DNA of 33,804 nt from a virus (taxonomy: Duplodnaviria > Caudoviricetes): IMG/VR virus record IMGVR_UViG_3300032218_003082, positions 1 to 33,804 of that record. One strand, given 5' to 3'. Within the stretch, counting starts at the first letter, position 1, and each line of letters begins with the position of its first letter. The notes under the pieces were generated by a model. That model saw nothing but the letters and a program-made list of their open reading frames with translations, did not search any database and was not told the origin of the DNA. Below are positions 1 to 9,861 of the stretch, one piece after another. The position numbers were made by a program, and so were the translations under genes.

Positions 1-1
1 G

Positions 2-2056
2 CACTTTGCCACCACGCTCAAGCTTTTGCATGAGCTGGTACATCTTCTTAGCACCTGCGCGACGACTGCCGCCGCCTGCGTTGCGCACGGCCTTTGCCGT
101 GAAGACGAATTCGCCGTCCGACAGCATCGCCGGAATCGAATCGGAAGTACCGGTCCCCGGCCCATCGATCGCACCTGTGCGACGTGGGTAGTGACTCCCT
201 GAAGCAAAAGCAGCACTGGTCATCCCACTGGGGTGCGTGCCACTGTACATGGGGTTGTTGATCGGTCCCCCCTCTGCCCGATTGTACACCGGGATGCGGT
301 ACATGCCAGCAACATTGTACGGCTGATTCAGCGGTTGCCCCCCGGTGACGGCAGCTGTAGGCGAAGTGTACAACGGTGCAGCCTGCAGGCTGGCCAAGCC
401 GCGCGGCTGGGGGCCAGCGGTCGGCACAAAACCCGTGCTGGTCGGCGCGGCCACGCCCGGCTCGCCAAAGGACTTCCACTGGCCAAAAATCTGCGGGTTG
501 GCGTTGATGTAGTCCTGTCCGGTCTGCGGCTTGTAAAGGGGGTCCTGTTTGGGCGCAGTGGGCTTGCCTGCCCCCGATGCCATGGCAATCCCGCCCAGTA
601 TGGCCGCTGTCGGGCCATAGGTGGTAAGCATTCCCGGCCCCGCGTTGTTGGCCGCCTCGGTGTAGATTTTGTATTGCGCATCGGAAGACAGGCCGGGGGT
701 AATCGAGCGTGCATTTGCCAAGGCCCTTTGTCCGGCCTCTGCCTTGGCTAAATCCACTTCGGCTTGCGTGTCGCCCCCTCGGGTGAGGTAGTCCATTGCC
801 CGGGTTTTGTACTCGTTGGCCGTGTCCATCAGTCCTGCGATGCCAGAACGGGCAGGAGATTCGTATGTGCCGTTTTGCGCAGCGTCCACTGCCTTGTTGT
901 AGGCGTCCGCGTCGTACATCGCAGCTTCTGCCGGAGGTGTAACAAGATTGGGAGTCGGCGCAGCGGCGGTGCCTACCGTTCCAGTGGCTCCCGTCGCATT
1001 TACAGAGGGAACAGCATCCGATACCGGGGCCGGAGCCTGCGGTCCTGAGGTCGAAGCAGGCAAAGCCCCTTGCGCGGCCGCTGCCACGCCGGACATCGCC
1101 GCACCTTTAATCCCTTGTCCCAGCGACTCTCCAATGGTCTTGCCTTGGATCAAACCACCCAATGTACCGATTGCTCCGCCCGTCAGTGCCTTGCTCAGAA
1201 AAGCAGAAGAGCCTGCAGGCAACAATCCTTGGATCGCCTCTGAGGGATTGAAACCACCGATTCCGCCGCCACCACCAAAGTAGCCCAGTGCGCCGCTGAC
1301 CAGCGCTGACTTCAGGTCTCCGCCCGCGAGCAGCGAAGTGCCCGCCCCGGCCAAGCCTGCGGCCACCGGCATTGAAAGGCCAATTCCTGCTGGTCCGAGG
1401 ACCGTGGCCAGCGCAATAGTGCCAACGATCTGACCGAGCGGGGAGCTGACGATGTCCTTTGCAGTGTTGACGACGGACTTGATCGCACCGGAAACCATCT
1501 TGCCCAAGTTGAAACCAAATTCGGGCAGCCCCGTGTTCGGGTTGATCGTTCCCGAGCCACCCATGGCCTTCAACATCGCCGCTTCCTGCGGATTGATGTG
1601 GGCAAGGATGGTGTCGCCGTTGCGGCCTTGGGCCTGCAAGTGCCGCGCTGCGTCGGCCAAGCCGCCTTTTGCAAACTGCGAGGGGACCTGCGGCTGTGCG
1701 CTATCACGTGCCTGCATTTCATGGAGCACGGCGAGGACAACGCCAATCAACTGCGCATCAAACTGTTCCGGCAAATCTCCGGGTTCCAAAATGCCCTGTT
1801 GGATCAGCTGCTGCAGCACTTGCGGGTACTGTTCCTTGTTCTGGACCAAGTACTCGAAAATCTGAATCATCTGCGCGATCTGCTCGGGCGTCAGCTGAAG
1901 CTGAGAAATCCCCTGCTGGATGGCAGCCTTGTATTGCTGCAGTTGCGCAGGATTGACAGTTCCCAGCGCCGTCGTTGCCGCGTCATACGTGTCCGCGCTC
2001 GACAGCTGCTGCATTTGCGGCTGCCCTTGGGGCAAATCCATGATTCCGTTGGCCAT
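2..2056 (-). CDS. Putative internal virion/ejection protein, >=685 aa, runs off the left edge of the window (absent from the ORF track)
   Basis: Hand translation from ATG at 2056 (GAGG upstream) stays open to position 2: MANGIMDLPQ...FAKGGLADAARHLQAQGRNGDTILAHINPQEAAMLKAMGGSGTINPNTGLPEF, then a Gly/Ala-rich hydrophobic stretch, then GPGTGTSDSIPAMLSDGEFVFTAKAV near the end. Its position after the nozzle gene is typical of podovirus ejection proteins. Confidence 0.75.
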   Translation of the reverse strand, partial: MANGIMDLPQGQPQMQQLSSADTYDAATTALGTVNPAQLQQYKAAIQQGISQLQLTPEQIAQMIQIFEYLVQNKEQYPQVLQQLIQQGILEPGDLPEQFDAQLIGVVLAVLHEMQARDSAQPQVPSQFAKGGLADAARHLQAQGRNGDTILAHINPQEAAMLKAMGGSGTINPNTGLPEFGFNLGKMVSGAIKSVVNTAKDIVSSPLGQIVGTIALATVLGPAGIGLSMPVAAGLAGAGTSLLAGGDLKSALVSGALGYFGGGGGIGGFNPSEAIQGLLPAGSSAFLSKALTGGAIGTLGGLIQGKTIGESLGQGIKGAAMSGVAAAAQGALPASTSGPQAPAPVSDAVPSVNATGATGTVGTAAAPTPNLVTPPAEAAMYDADAYNKAVDAAQNGTYESPARSGIAGLMDTANEYKTRAMDYLTRGGDTQAEVDLAKAEAGQRALANARSITPGLSSDAQYKIYTEAANNAGPGMLTTYGPTAAILGGIAMASGAGKPTAPKQDPLYKPQTGQDYINANPQIFGQWKSFGEPGVAAPTSTGFVPTAGPQPRGLASLQAAPLYTSPTAAVTGGQPLNQPYNVAGMYRIPVYNRAEGGPINNPMYSGTHPSGMTSAAFASGSHYPRRTGAIDGPGTGTSDSIPAMLSDGEFVFTAKAVRNAGGGSRRAGAKKMYQLMQKLERGGKV

Positions 2057-2067
2057 GTGTGCCTCGC

Positions 2068-2400
2068 TTAAGTCCTGTCCATCTCAAGATAGGACAGGTA
2101 GAAATGAACCGATGCAGTGCTGGAAGTGACCTTAAGTGTGTCACCACCTTCCAGAACCAGAGGGACGCCATTGAAGACGTCGTAGGTCGCGTTGACTGCT
2201 AGATTGCGCGCCTTAAGCAGGTAGTGCGCCGTAGCGCTGCCTGAACTGTATTGGGTTACGGTAATCGACGAAAATGCCGTATTTGCATTCGTGACACGCA
2301 AGGATCGTACAACGGTTGCCGAATCCGTGGGAACCGTGTAGAGCGTGGTCTCAGTCGCCGCGCTCGGAATCAGTGCTTGCCTGTAGTATTTATTGGCCAT
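2068..2400 (-). CDS. Small beta-rich virion protein (110 aa)
   Basis: Packed in the tail operon; alternating beta-strand pattern; resembles the 9862-10266 product. Confidence 0.65.
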   Translation of the reverse strand: MANKYYRQALIPSAATETTLYTVPTDSATVVRSLRVTNANTAFSSITVTQYSSGSATAHYLLKARNLAVNATYDVFNGVPLVLEGGDTLKVTSSTASVHFYLSYLEMDRT

Positions 2401-2409
2401 GGCAGTATT

Positions 2410-3303
2410 TTAAGCGATCGAGGACACGAAGAACAGAGTGGCAATCACCGACGCCGTGCTGGGCCGCGTCGGGCTGGTCTGGGTCGGAATGCACTGCAGC
2501 GTAGTCTTCTGATCGTTGGTGGACCAGTACATTTCCACATAGTCGTTGGCATTCAGCGTCAGGTAGTAGTTCCAGCCCACAATTGCATGGCCGTCAACAC
2601 CCCCGTGGCTGTTGGGGACGGAGACAAAACCCATTGATCCGGGCAAGTCCGTACCATTGATCCGTATCCATGCCGAAATATCATGCAGCTGCGTGTCCGA
2701 GTTGACGAACTGCCCACTCCACTGGAAGTTGTATACCCCCGGTTGATACACCGTCATCCGGGTGGTATTGACAAGTTCCGTGTTATACGCGGCATCGATC
2801 GTGTTCATGGCCATCGCCCCCGACGTGTTCGCCGCAAGGCACTGCACCTTGACGATGTCTACACCCGCCGTGTGTGCGGCGTTGGCCGTACCAAACGCAC
2901 CGCGCGTGCAACCCGTAAAAGATGCCGAGGTCGTCCCCGTGTAGGAAACAATCTCACTTCCAATCAGAATCTGCCCAGCCGTGGGGAACAGCGCCGTACC
3001 ATTAGCAGGCGTGGTGATCGTCGTCACCGAGTTGTTGATGTTGGCCCCCAGCGTAGTCCCAGCAAAATCCTCCCATGCGCCATACGGCAGCAACGGCAGC
3101 GATCCGCCTTCGGTCCCGGTCAACATGCCGCTGCCCTCGAACCAAGACACCGCTTGATCGTTGTTCTCCGTCACGATCGGCGTGTAGTTCGTGTTCAGCG
3201 ACAGGATGATCTGTTCCAACGACCGCACAAGCTGGTCAAACTGCTGCGCGCTGTATTGCTTCTCCGCAGCGTTTGGTAAACGGACGTTGGTGATCTTGGC
3301 CAT
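2410..3303 (-). CDS. Tail-associated virion structural protein (297 aa)
   Basis: Start overlaps the nozzle gene stop (TAATG). N-terminal LPNA..Y...QFDQLVRSLE helix followed by beta-rich domains. Confidence 0.6.
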   Translation of the reverse strand: MAKITNVRLPNAAEKQYSAQQFDQLVRSLEQIILSLNTNYTPIVTENNDQAVSWFEGSGMLTGTEGGSLPLLPYGAWEDFAGTTLGANINNSVTTITTPANGTALFPTAGQILIGSEIVSYTGTTSASFTGCTRGAFGTANAAHTAGVDIVKVQCLAANTSGAMAMNTIDAAYNTELVNTTRMTVYQPGVYNFQWSGQFVNSDTQLHDISAWIRINGTDLPGSMGFVSVPNSHGGVDGHAIVGWNYYLTLNANDYVEMYWSTNDQKTTLQCIPTQTSPTRPSTASVIATLFFVSSIA

Positions 3304-5141
3304 TAACGCATGCCGTCAGGTTGGATGTCCAGACGCAACGTACCAAAGCGCCAGCCATTGCTGGCACTGGTGCTCTCAATCTTGATCGACAGCGCACGTC
3401 CCCTGATCCGCGTGTCAATCTTCTGCGTCGTCGGAGAGAAGCTGTAGGGAGTGAGCGAGCTGGGCGAGTCAGGCGCAATCGAAAACGCACGGGACACCGC
3501 ATAGAAGTCCATCGTGGCGTTCTGCACCGGGAAGTCCGGGACCAAACGCTTGACGAACGAAATGTTGTCACCGTCGGCAATGTCGAAGAACGCCGACTGC
3601 ACATACGAGTAGATTTCATCGCCGTTGGCGCTATCTCCCGTCTCTTGGTCGTACAGGATGCTGATGCCGTTGGACAAGCCAGAGACCGTCGGGTAGGCCC
3701 CGGAGACGCTGTTGGGGTCCCACTTGGTGGCCAGTGGCAGCTCAAATACCCCGCGATCGCGCCACACGGTCCGCGCCAACGTGCCCTGCTGCCAGCAGTT
3801 CTCAACGTAGTTGTAGGTCACAAACCCATCGATCTGATTGCTGTTGGCAGTCGGGTAAAACCACGTAACTTCGTTAAACTGCGTGTTCAGGCCCGCGTAC
3901 ACCAGCTGGTGCTGGGTGTAGTTGAAGTTGTTGAACACCGCATCCTGCACCGAGCAGGGCAGCTTTTTGACCGTACCGTCGAACACGAAGAACGACTGCG
4001 CCGACATCCAAAAGCACACGCCGTTGACGTCGGCCGCTGCGTTCTGACTCAGGCCCCCACAGTTTGTGCCCAGTTGCTGGAATCCGAAGGTGTAGGGCGT
4101 GCCCACGTATTGCATGCCGTACAGGGCATTGTCGGTGAACACCAGAATCTGGTTGCGCGAGCGCACCGCGCCCACCAACTCGTTGCCATCGGTCAGCCGC
4201 TGCGAACCCGCGCTGTTGGTGGCCGTGATCGTCCAATCCGTCAGGGATTCGGTATCTGCCCAGCGCACCAACATCGGATCGCGCGTAGCAGGGGAACCGA
4301 TGGTCTCTTCCGTGCCAAAGCAGACCAAGTGCCGATCCGGGGTGGAGACAAGGATGAAGGCACTGGAGGTCGGCGCGCCGCTGACAACGCTGGCCGGGGA
4401 GCTCAAGCCGTCCGTGATGGGCGACCACTGGTACAGCGCGCCAAGTGCCGGGCAGGCCACCAGATTCTCGCCGAAGTTGTCGAGCGACCAGATGCGCGGG
4501 GGCAGCGAAACACCGGAGGTGCGCGGCGTACCCCACGTGCCAGTACCCCATGTGCCCGCACCCCAGCCGTAGCTGGACAAGGCAATCGAATTACCGATCG
4601 GGTACAGGTACTTGATCGTCGCCGTGCCCGGCGTTGTGCCAGACAACGTCACAGGCGATTTCACTGTGTAGCGGTCCGCGTCGACTACCGTCTGCACTTC
4701 GTACTGAATGTTGTACGTCGTACCTGCCGATCCACCAAAAGGCGAAGACACCGAGGAAAAGGAGACGATGTCCCCGATATTCGCGCCATGAGCGGTGTCG
4801 GTCACCGTGATAACTGTCGAGGCATTGGTCGGGGTGATGGTCTTACTTACCGAGGTCTTGGTGACCGGGGTGATGTCTCCCCAGCTACCGCCGTTATAGG
4901 CGTAGAGCTTTTTGTCGGTGGCGAGGGACAGTTGAGGTGTGCCGTTGAGCGCGGTCCACGTCCAGATATCCCGGGCAACTCCGATCAGGTTGTTGGTGGA
5001 AAACGCTGTCCAGCCACCAATCTGCTCCGGCAAGCCATAGCGAAAACGCACGTAGTCCGAGTCCACCCACCGGCCCTCGGCTCCGTACTTTGAATCTTGC
5101 TTGTCAATTCCGGCAGCAAACGAGACCTTGGTCAGTGCCAT
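3303..5141 (-). CDS. Tail nozzle / packaged-DNA stabilization protein (P22 gp10 / T7 gp12-like beta-propeller, 612 aa)
   Basis: Size, position and repeated beta-strand blades (WSLDNFGENLVA, LVRWAD, ILVFTD, FGFQQLGTNCG, EVTWFYP); C-terminal WRFGTLRLDIQPDGMR. Confidence 0.7.
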   Translation of the reverse strand: MALTKVSFAAGIDKQDSKYGAEGRWVDSDYVRFRYGLPEQIGGWTAFSTNNLIGVARDIWTWTALNGTPQLSLATDKKLYAYNGGSWGDITPVTKTSVSKTITPTNASTVITVTDTAHGANIGDIVSFSSVSSPFGGSAGTTYNIQYEVQTVVDADRYTVKSPVTLSGTTPGTATIKYLYPIGNSIALSSYGWGAGTWGTGTWGTPRTSGVSLPPRIWSLDNFGENLVACPALGALYQWSPITDGLSSPASVVSGAPTSSAFILVSTPDRHLVCFGTEETIGSPATRDPMLVRWADTESLTDWTITATNSAGSQRLTDGNELVGAVRSRNQILVFTDNALYGMQYVGTPYTFGFQQLGTNCGGLSQNAAADVNGVCFWMSAQSFFVFDGTVKKLPCSVQDAVFNNFNYTQHQLVYAGLNTQFNEVTWFYPTANSNQIDGFVTYNYVENCWQQGTLARTVWRDRGVFELPLATKWDPNSVSGAYPTVSGLSNGISILYDQETGDSANGDEIYSYVQSAFFDIADGDNISFVKRLVPDFPVQNATMDFYAVSRAFSIAPDSPSSLTPYSFSPTTQKIDTRIRGRALSIKIESTSASNGWRFGTLRLDIQPDGMR

Positions 5142-5144
5142 CTC

Positions 5145-5372
5145 TTACACCCTAGCTGTTCCTACCATGGGAGTGGAGGTCACATGGACCGCCGTGCTTT
5201 GCGCAGGTTGCCACGGCTGGCCACAGCTCGTGCAGATACCCGTTTGCTCTTCCTGCTCGCTCACCGGATCGCGGCACGCGGCGCACAGCACTTCGATATC
5301 GTGCCGTGGCAAGATTTTAAGCGATCCGTCGTCGTTTGTACCAACAATTTGCGACTCGACTGTGGTCAGCAT
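5145..5372 (-). CDS. Small zinc-ribbon protein (75 aa)
   Basis: CAAC...CTSC motif; coupled to the upstream gene by TAATG. Confidence 0.65.
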   Translation of the reverse strand: MLTTVESQIVGTNDDGSLKILPRHDIEVLCAACRDPVSEQEEQTGICTSCGQPWQPAQSTAVHVTSTPMVGTARV

Positions 5373-5521
5373 TACTCGGCCTCCGTCGGAGCTTCTTTCG
5401 GGGCAGCCGACTGCTTGGCTGCCTCTTGGAAGGCGGCGATCAGCTGGTAGACCTCTTGGTATGGGCGGGTGGCCAAGTAGCCAAGAATGGCGTTGGCGGT
5501 GTCCATCGGCAGGTTGACCAT
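5372..5521 (-). CDS. Small hypothetical protein (49 aa, below the ORF track cutoff)
   Basis: MVNLPMDTANAILGYLATRPYQEVYQLIAAFQEAAKQSAAPKEAPTEAE*; fills the gap exactly, with TGATG and TAATG overlaps at its ends. Confidence 0.75.
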   Translation of the reverse strand: MVNLPMDTANAILGYLATRPYQEVYQLIAAFQEAAKQSAAPKEAPTEAE

Positions 5522-5865
5522 CACGTTGTTACCTCATCCCAAGATTGGTTGGTTTCGTTCCAAAAATACGGCTTGCCATCCATCGGCATGGGCACAGGAG
5601 CCTCCCACCGACAGGTATCCTCATTCAATACCCAAGACGCCAGCGCAGGCTTGGGCGGGATGAACGCATCCCGTTGGGCATCATAGGTGTAACCGATGCC
5701 CGCATAATTCTTGCGGATGTTGCCGTTGTACGAGGTGCGCTTGCAGACCTGCTGACGGATTTCGCCGTAGAAAGCCTCCCAGTCATGCGTCAGGTCGGTC
5801 TCATCCTTTCCGACGATCACTTCGGTGACGACATTGTTGCGGTCAAGAAATGCGTAATGTGCCAT
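5521..5865 (-). CDS. Tail fibre-associated protein (114 aa)
   Basis: MAHYA..D.NNVVTEVIV...RKNYAGIGYTYD...DAFIPPKP..SWVLNE.TC.WEAP, a pattern commonly found directly after glycine-rich phage tail proteins. Confidence 0.65.
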   Translation of the reverse strand: MAHYAFLDRNNVVTEVIVGKDETDLTHDWEAFYGEIRQQVCKRTSYNGNIRKNYAGIGYTYDAQRDAFIPPKPALASWVLNEDTCRWEAPVPMPMDGKPYFWNETNQSWDEVTT

Positions 5866-6824
5866 CAGAATGTCACGCTCCCTGTTCCTTGGGTGAAGGT
5901 GTAGATTTTATAGCCACCAGTGGTTGTCAGAGAAGAGGTCAGACCGCCGCCGATGCTGGTCAAGTTCGGCGCACTATCCGGGTATCGAATGATGACAACG
6001 CCCGATCCGCCGGCTTTTCCTGCCAGATACGAACCAGTGACGCCACCTCCGCCACCGCCGCCGCCCTTGTTTGGGTCTCCTACAGTGTTCGTCGTGGTCG
6101 TGCCCACAGCGCCGTTTCCGCCGCCGCCAGCGCCTCCGGTTCCGGCTGTGTAGCCGTTGAAGGTTCCCCCGCCTCCGCCGCCAGCATAGGTGACGCTGGA
6201 TCCAGTGATGCTGGAAGCCTTGCCCGCTCCGCCGTTACCGCCGCCCGTAGCTGCCACGCCGTTTGCACCAACAGCCGTTGCCCCACCGCCACCACCACCG
6301 CCATGCGACTGAGTCTGCGCCGAGCCTACGCCGCCGTTGTTGCCTTGGGATGGAGAGGTCGATGGCGTGTTGCCAGAACCGCCCACGCTGCTACCGTAGC
6401 CGCTACCGCCACCCGAGCCGCCGTTTGCGCCCGTCTGACCGGCTCCAGTTCCTCCGCTGCCACCACCACCGCCCGTAGCCGTGATGGTGTCAAATACAGA
6501 GTTGTTGCCGTTTGATCCAATGGCAAAAGTCGTAGCTCCCGGTCCACCTGCGCCAACGGTAATCGTGACGGTTGATCCAGCGGTCACAGTAATTGCCGAA
6601 GTTGACTCTCGGTATCCGCCCGCGCCGCCGCCGCCTCCAACGCCATCAGATTCACCACCGCCACCGCCACCGGCTACTACAACATAGTCAACCAAAAATG
6701 GCGGCTTTGGCCATGTTCCTGCCTTGATGTAACCCACGGCTTGCGCGAGCGTCCAGATGCCTTGCGCGGCGCTGGTTGTCGGCAGCGTCGGATTCTTGGT
6801 GATGAACTTGCCGATGTAATCCAT
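5865..6824 (-). CDS. Glycine-rich tail fibre / receptor-binding protein (319 aa)
   Basis: VVAGGGGGG, GGGGGAGG, YAGGGGG and GGSGVVIIRYP polyglycine motifs typical of phage glycine-rich domains. Confidence 0.75.
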   Translation of the reverse strand: MDYIGKFITKNPTLPTTSAAQGIWTLAQAVGYIKAGTWPKPPFLVDYVVVAGGGGGGESDGVGGGGGAGGYRESTSAITVTAGSTVTITVGAGGPGATTFAIGSNGNNSVFDTITATGGGGGSGGTGAGQTGANGGSGGGSGYGSSVGGSGNTPSTSPSQGNNGGVGSAQTQSHGGGGGGGATAVGANGVAATGGGNGGAGKASSITGSSVTYAGGGGGGTFNGYTAGTGGAGGGGNGAVGTTTTNTVGDPNKGGGGGGGGVTGSYLAGKAGGSGVVIIRYPDSAPNLTSIGGGLTSSLTTTGGYKIYTFTQGTGSVTF

Positions 6825-6826
6825 TG

Positions 6827-7315
6827 TTACCCCAGAGCAACGAAGTTGGGATCATTGGGCCAAGTGACTTGGATCGCTGTCTGCAGGGCAGGCACATCCG
6901 CCGCAGCTTCAATGGCAGCCACAGCCGTAGCGGCCGCAGCACGCACCGAAGCGCGGTAGGCGGTCCATTCACTCGGCACGGCCGCCGAAGTCTCAAGCGC
7001 CTTGACCACCATCCAGTCAGACTTCAACAGGATTGAGTAGGCAGCAGCGTTGGTGGCGTTCTTCCACTGCGTCTTGAGCGCAGCCAAGTCCTTCGGGGTG
7101 TTGGTGTAGCTGATCACCGCAGCGTTGCGGACCTCAGTCACCCAGTAGAAGCGGTCATCTTCCCGTGGACCTTGGTAGGTAACTTCCACAAGGTTGAGCG
7201 CGGCCTTGTCTTGAGCCGAGGCATTTTTCAGCCATTCAGCCGGGTACTGCATGGCATCAACAATGAACGCCATCCCGTCTTGGATGTATTGGCTTGATGC
7301 TGCGTGATAGAACAT
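6827..7315 (-). CDS. Tail fibre assembly chaperone-like protein (162 aa)
   Basis: LLKSDWMVV...W.AYRASVR...WP pattern; lies immediately downstream of the large fibre gene. Confidence 0.6.
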   Translation of the reverse strand: MFYHAASSQYIQDGMAFIVDAMQYPAEWLKNASAQDKAALNLVEVTYQGPREDDRFYWVTEVRNAAVISYTNTPKDLAALKTQWKNATNAAAYSILLKSDWMVVKALETSAAVPSEWTAYRASVRAAAATAVAAIEAAADVPALQTAIQVTWPNDPNFVALG

Positions 7316-7317
7316 GA

Positions 7318-9849
7318 TTACCTCGCTCTTGCTATGGTGAATGGGTTCTCTGCGAAGGCGGCATAGATTATCGTCTGACCGCTATAGTTTTCTGTGGCGT
7401 TGTCAGTGCGTAGTTTGAAGCCGTTAGCCGTAAAGTCATAGGTTGGGTCTACCAGCGTAGATTCACCAAGTGCTGAATTTGGGAACAAACGGTTTGACAT
7501 CACATTGTATGTGTCGCGTGATGAATCAAGAACAGCCCAGTTTGCTGCTGCGGTGGCAACTTTTACCAACACATACCGAGGCCTGAAACCTAGATAGATA
7601 AATGGCCCATCTGGAACACCATTGCCAACAAACGAACCGAACGCGCTGTAGCCTGAGATGGCAGCCCAGCAGTAGGCTACTTTTGTATATCCACTATCCC
7701 AAGAACCTTGACTAAACACCGTTGAAGTTGGAGCGGTGTTATTCCAGAATCCGCTATTGGTTTGAATTGCCGCCGTATCTTGTAATGGCAAGCCATAATT
7801 CCAAGGTGATGAACCGCCATTTAAAGACGCATGACCAACAGTCCATTGGTCAGTAACATTGCGTCCTTTCATAATAATCATGGAAGGCGCAACACCAAGA
7901 CCATGACCGACCGTACCTGTGGTAGATGTATAAGTCACCACGCTGAATCCAGCCGATGTATTTGCGCTCACCGATGAGGTGATAGTTCCGCTAGTGTTTG
8001 TTACCGCCGTGCCGCCGCCTTTCCATTGCCAACCAACATAGTTTGGAGGAGTGCCAGAGTATGTACCGCCACTAGCGCCGTTTACATAGTAGTCGCCAGC
8101 CGAATCATCAGACAATGAAAAACCATTAGAGTTAAAAGCAGTTACTCCATAAGGGGACAGATTTGACTCTGCGGCAGTGCTATTTGAAATCAATATCTTG
8201 GACGCGCCCCTAACTGAATCAAACAGAGCATTAGAACTCGCCGCCACTCTTGGTTTAGTCCACACAAAATCAGGCTGAAACGATATGCCATTGACGGTGT
8301 TCGTGATGCTTTGCGTAGAGCCGTTACCCGTGTACAGCGTCGCCGCCATGTAGTTCGCGCCGTTGCTGATCGTTGGCGTAGTCATGTTCTGCGTACACAT
8401 CGCCTTGAAACCTGACGGTGCTGCGTTGCCAAAAGTCTGCTGCCCCGTGTTGATGGTGAATGTATCCCGCACCTGCTGAGAAGTCAGCATCGGGAAGATG
8501 AGGTCGCCAGTAGACAGGGAAATCGTGAACGCTGGGTTTGTTCCGGCCGCAGGGTCGCCACTACCAAACCAAGTGCTGCCAGAGCCAATCCATACCTTGC
8601 CTGTTGCTCCATCTACAGCAAATTTCATCGTCTGGTTGGTAACGGTTCCGTGCGTTGTTGCGTCATTCGTTCCGTTCACCCAGTACGAATTGGTAGGCGC
8701 GTAGTTCACGCCGTAATAACCGGCTGCGTTGTAGCCGACTGATGCAAGCGCAATAGTTGCGTTCTTGACAAAGCCAACTTGTCCGCCACCAACAAAACCA
8801 GAGCAATACACCTCAAAGTACATCTTGCCAATGATTGGCATAGAGAAGTAGCAGTTGTAGGTTCCGCCATAACCAGTCATGTTGGCATTGCTGAATGTCC
8901 AAGTGGACGATGCCGGGACAGACAACACCGCATAGTTGCCGCGCACCTCACCACCCGCACCAGTGTCGACACCGTAGTTGGTCGGCGTGTCCACCATGCT
9001 GTCATTGGTGTTGGGCGCAGTGACATTGGTTACGCTGATATTGTTCGGCGTCCAGTTGTTGCCGTTGCCGCTTGAGTCTTTCCCGATAGCGGCAGCAGTC
9101 GCAGCAGAGTTGTCGCTGAATGTTAGGTAGAAGCCATTGGTTCCGTATGTGCCGGTGTAGACAATTGGATTCCATACGCCTGTGACAGCATCAAATGCGC
9201 CAAAGCTGGTCGGAGCAAGAGACTGGCCGTCAATAAAATACATTTCGGTTAAATAGCCGTCGAAGTAAGACGAAAAATCTGTTGCAAGTCTTACCGCTGC
9301 CGAGGCAACATTAAATGACCAAGTAGAGTTTTGGCTTGGATCAGTACTAAGAGAAAAGGAAGTTAACTGCACCCCGTTTTGCCATATCTTGATTCGGTTT
9401 GCCGCTGTTGCATCTGTTGTATCAAGTTGAAAAACAAAGTGATACCACGCAGACGGGTCACGGAAAACGGCGGTCGTTATTTTCCTTCCACCACCACCTG
9501 ACAACTGTCGGATTTCCATGTTGTCATTGTTGAAGTCAATGTAATCCCCGCCTGAAGTTCCAATGATGCCCATTGACCCTGCGGATTGTAATGCGCCTCT
9601 CTTTGCCCAAAAGGAAAAAGTACATATCTTGTTGTTGGTTGGCGTACCAATCGTCCTATTGAAATACGCACTAGCACTTGCCCGAAGCCGAACGCTGCGA
9701 CTGATCGGCGCAGTAACATTCGGTGGCCACGAACCCTGCGCGTTGTAGTACGCCTGCTTCTCTAGCGTCCAAATACCGGGCGCAGCAGTGTTGCTAGGCG
9801 TAGGCGGGGTGGCGCTAAGTTTGCCGCCGGGGTATCCATGAATCGACAT
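7318..9849 (-). CDS. Large tail fibre / receptor-binding protein with ConA/LamG-like and SPRY-like domains (843 aa)
   Basis: TFSFWAKR...FRDPSAWYHFV...FDGYLTE (lectin-like), YGTNGFYL, KMYFEV (SPRY-like), FQPDFVWTK, GHGLGVAPSMII, C-terminal YAAFAENPF. Confidence 0.75.
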   Translation of the reverse strand: MSIHGYPGGKLSATPPTPSNTAAPGIWTLEKQAYYNAQGSWPPNVTAPISRSVRLRASASAYFNRTIGTPTNNKICTFSFWAKRGALQSAGSMGIIGTSGGDYIDFNNDNMEIRQLSGGGGRKITTAVFRDPSAWYHFVFQLDTTDATAANRIKIWQNGVQLTSFSLSTDPSQNSTWSFNVASAAVRLATDFSSYFDGYLTEMYFIDGQSLAPTSFGAFDAVTGVWNPIVYTGTYGTNGFYLTFSDNSAATAAAIGKDSSGNGNNWTPNNISVTNVTAPNTNDSMVDTPTNYGVDTGAGGEVRGNYAVLSVPASSTWTFSNANMTGYGGTYNCYFSMPIIGKMYFEVYCSGFVGGGQVGFVKNATIALASVGYNAAGYYGVNYAPTNSYWVNGTNDATTHGTVTNQTMKFAVDGATGKVWIGSGSTWFGSGDPAAGTNPAFTISLSTGDLIFPMLTSQQVRDTFTINTGQQTFGNAAPSGFKAMCTQNMTTPTISNGANYMAATLYTGNGSTQSITNTVNGISFQPDFVWTKPRVAASSNALFDSVRGASKILISNSTAAESNLSPYGVTAFNSNGFSLSDDSAGDYYVNGASGGTYSGTPPNYVGWQWKGGGTAVTNTSGTITSSVSANTSAGFSVVTYTSTTGTVGHGLGVAPSMIIMKGRNVTDQWTVGHASLNGGSSPWNYGLPLQDTAAIQTNSGFWNNTAPTSTVFSQGSWDSGYTKVAYCWAAISGYSAFGSFVGNGVPDGPFIYLGFRPRYVLVKVATAAANWAVLDSSRDTYNVMSNRLFPNSALGESTLVDPTYDFTANGFKLRTDNATENYSGQTIIYAAFAENPFTIARAR

Positions 9850-9861
9850 ATCTACACCCTA

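Noticed and set aside
3321-5093. 590-aa plus-strand ORF
   Set aside because: It is the antisense shadow of the nozzle gene, produced by codon bias; no motifs or RBS.
5145-5521. Lysis cassette between the fibres and the nozzle
   Set aside because: The two small ORFs lack transmembrane segments and endolysin motifs; lysis genes probably lie outside the window.
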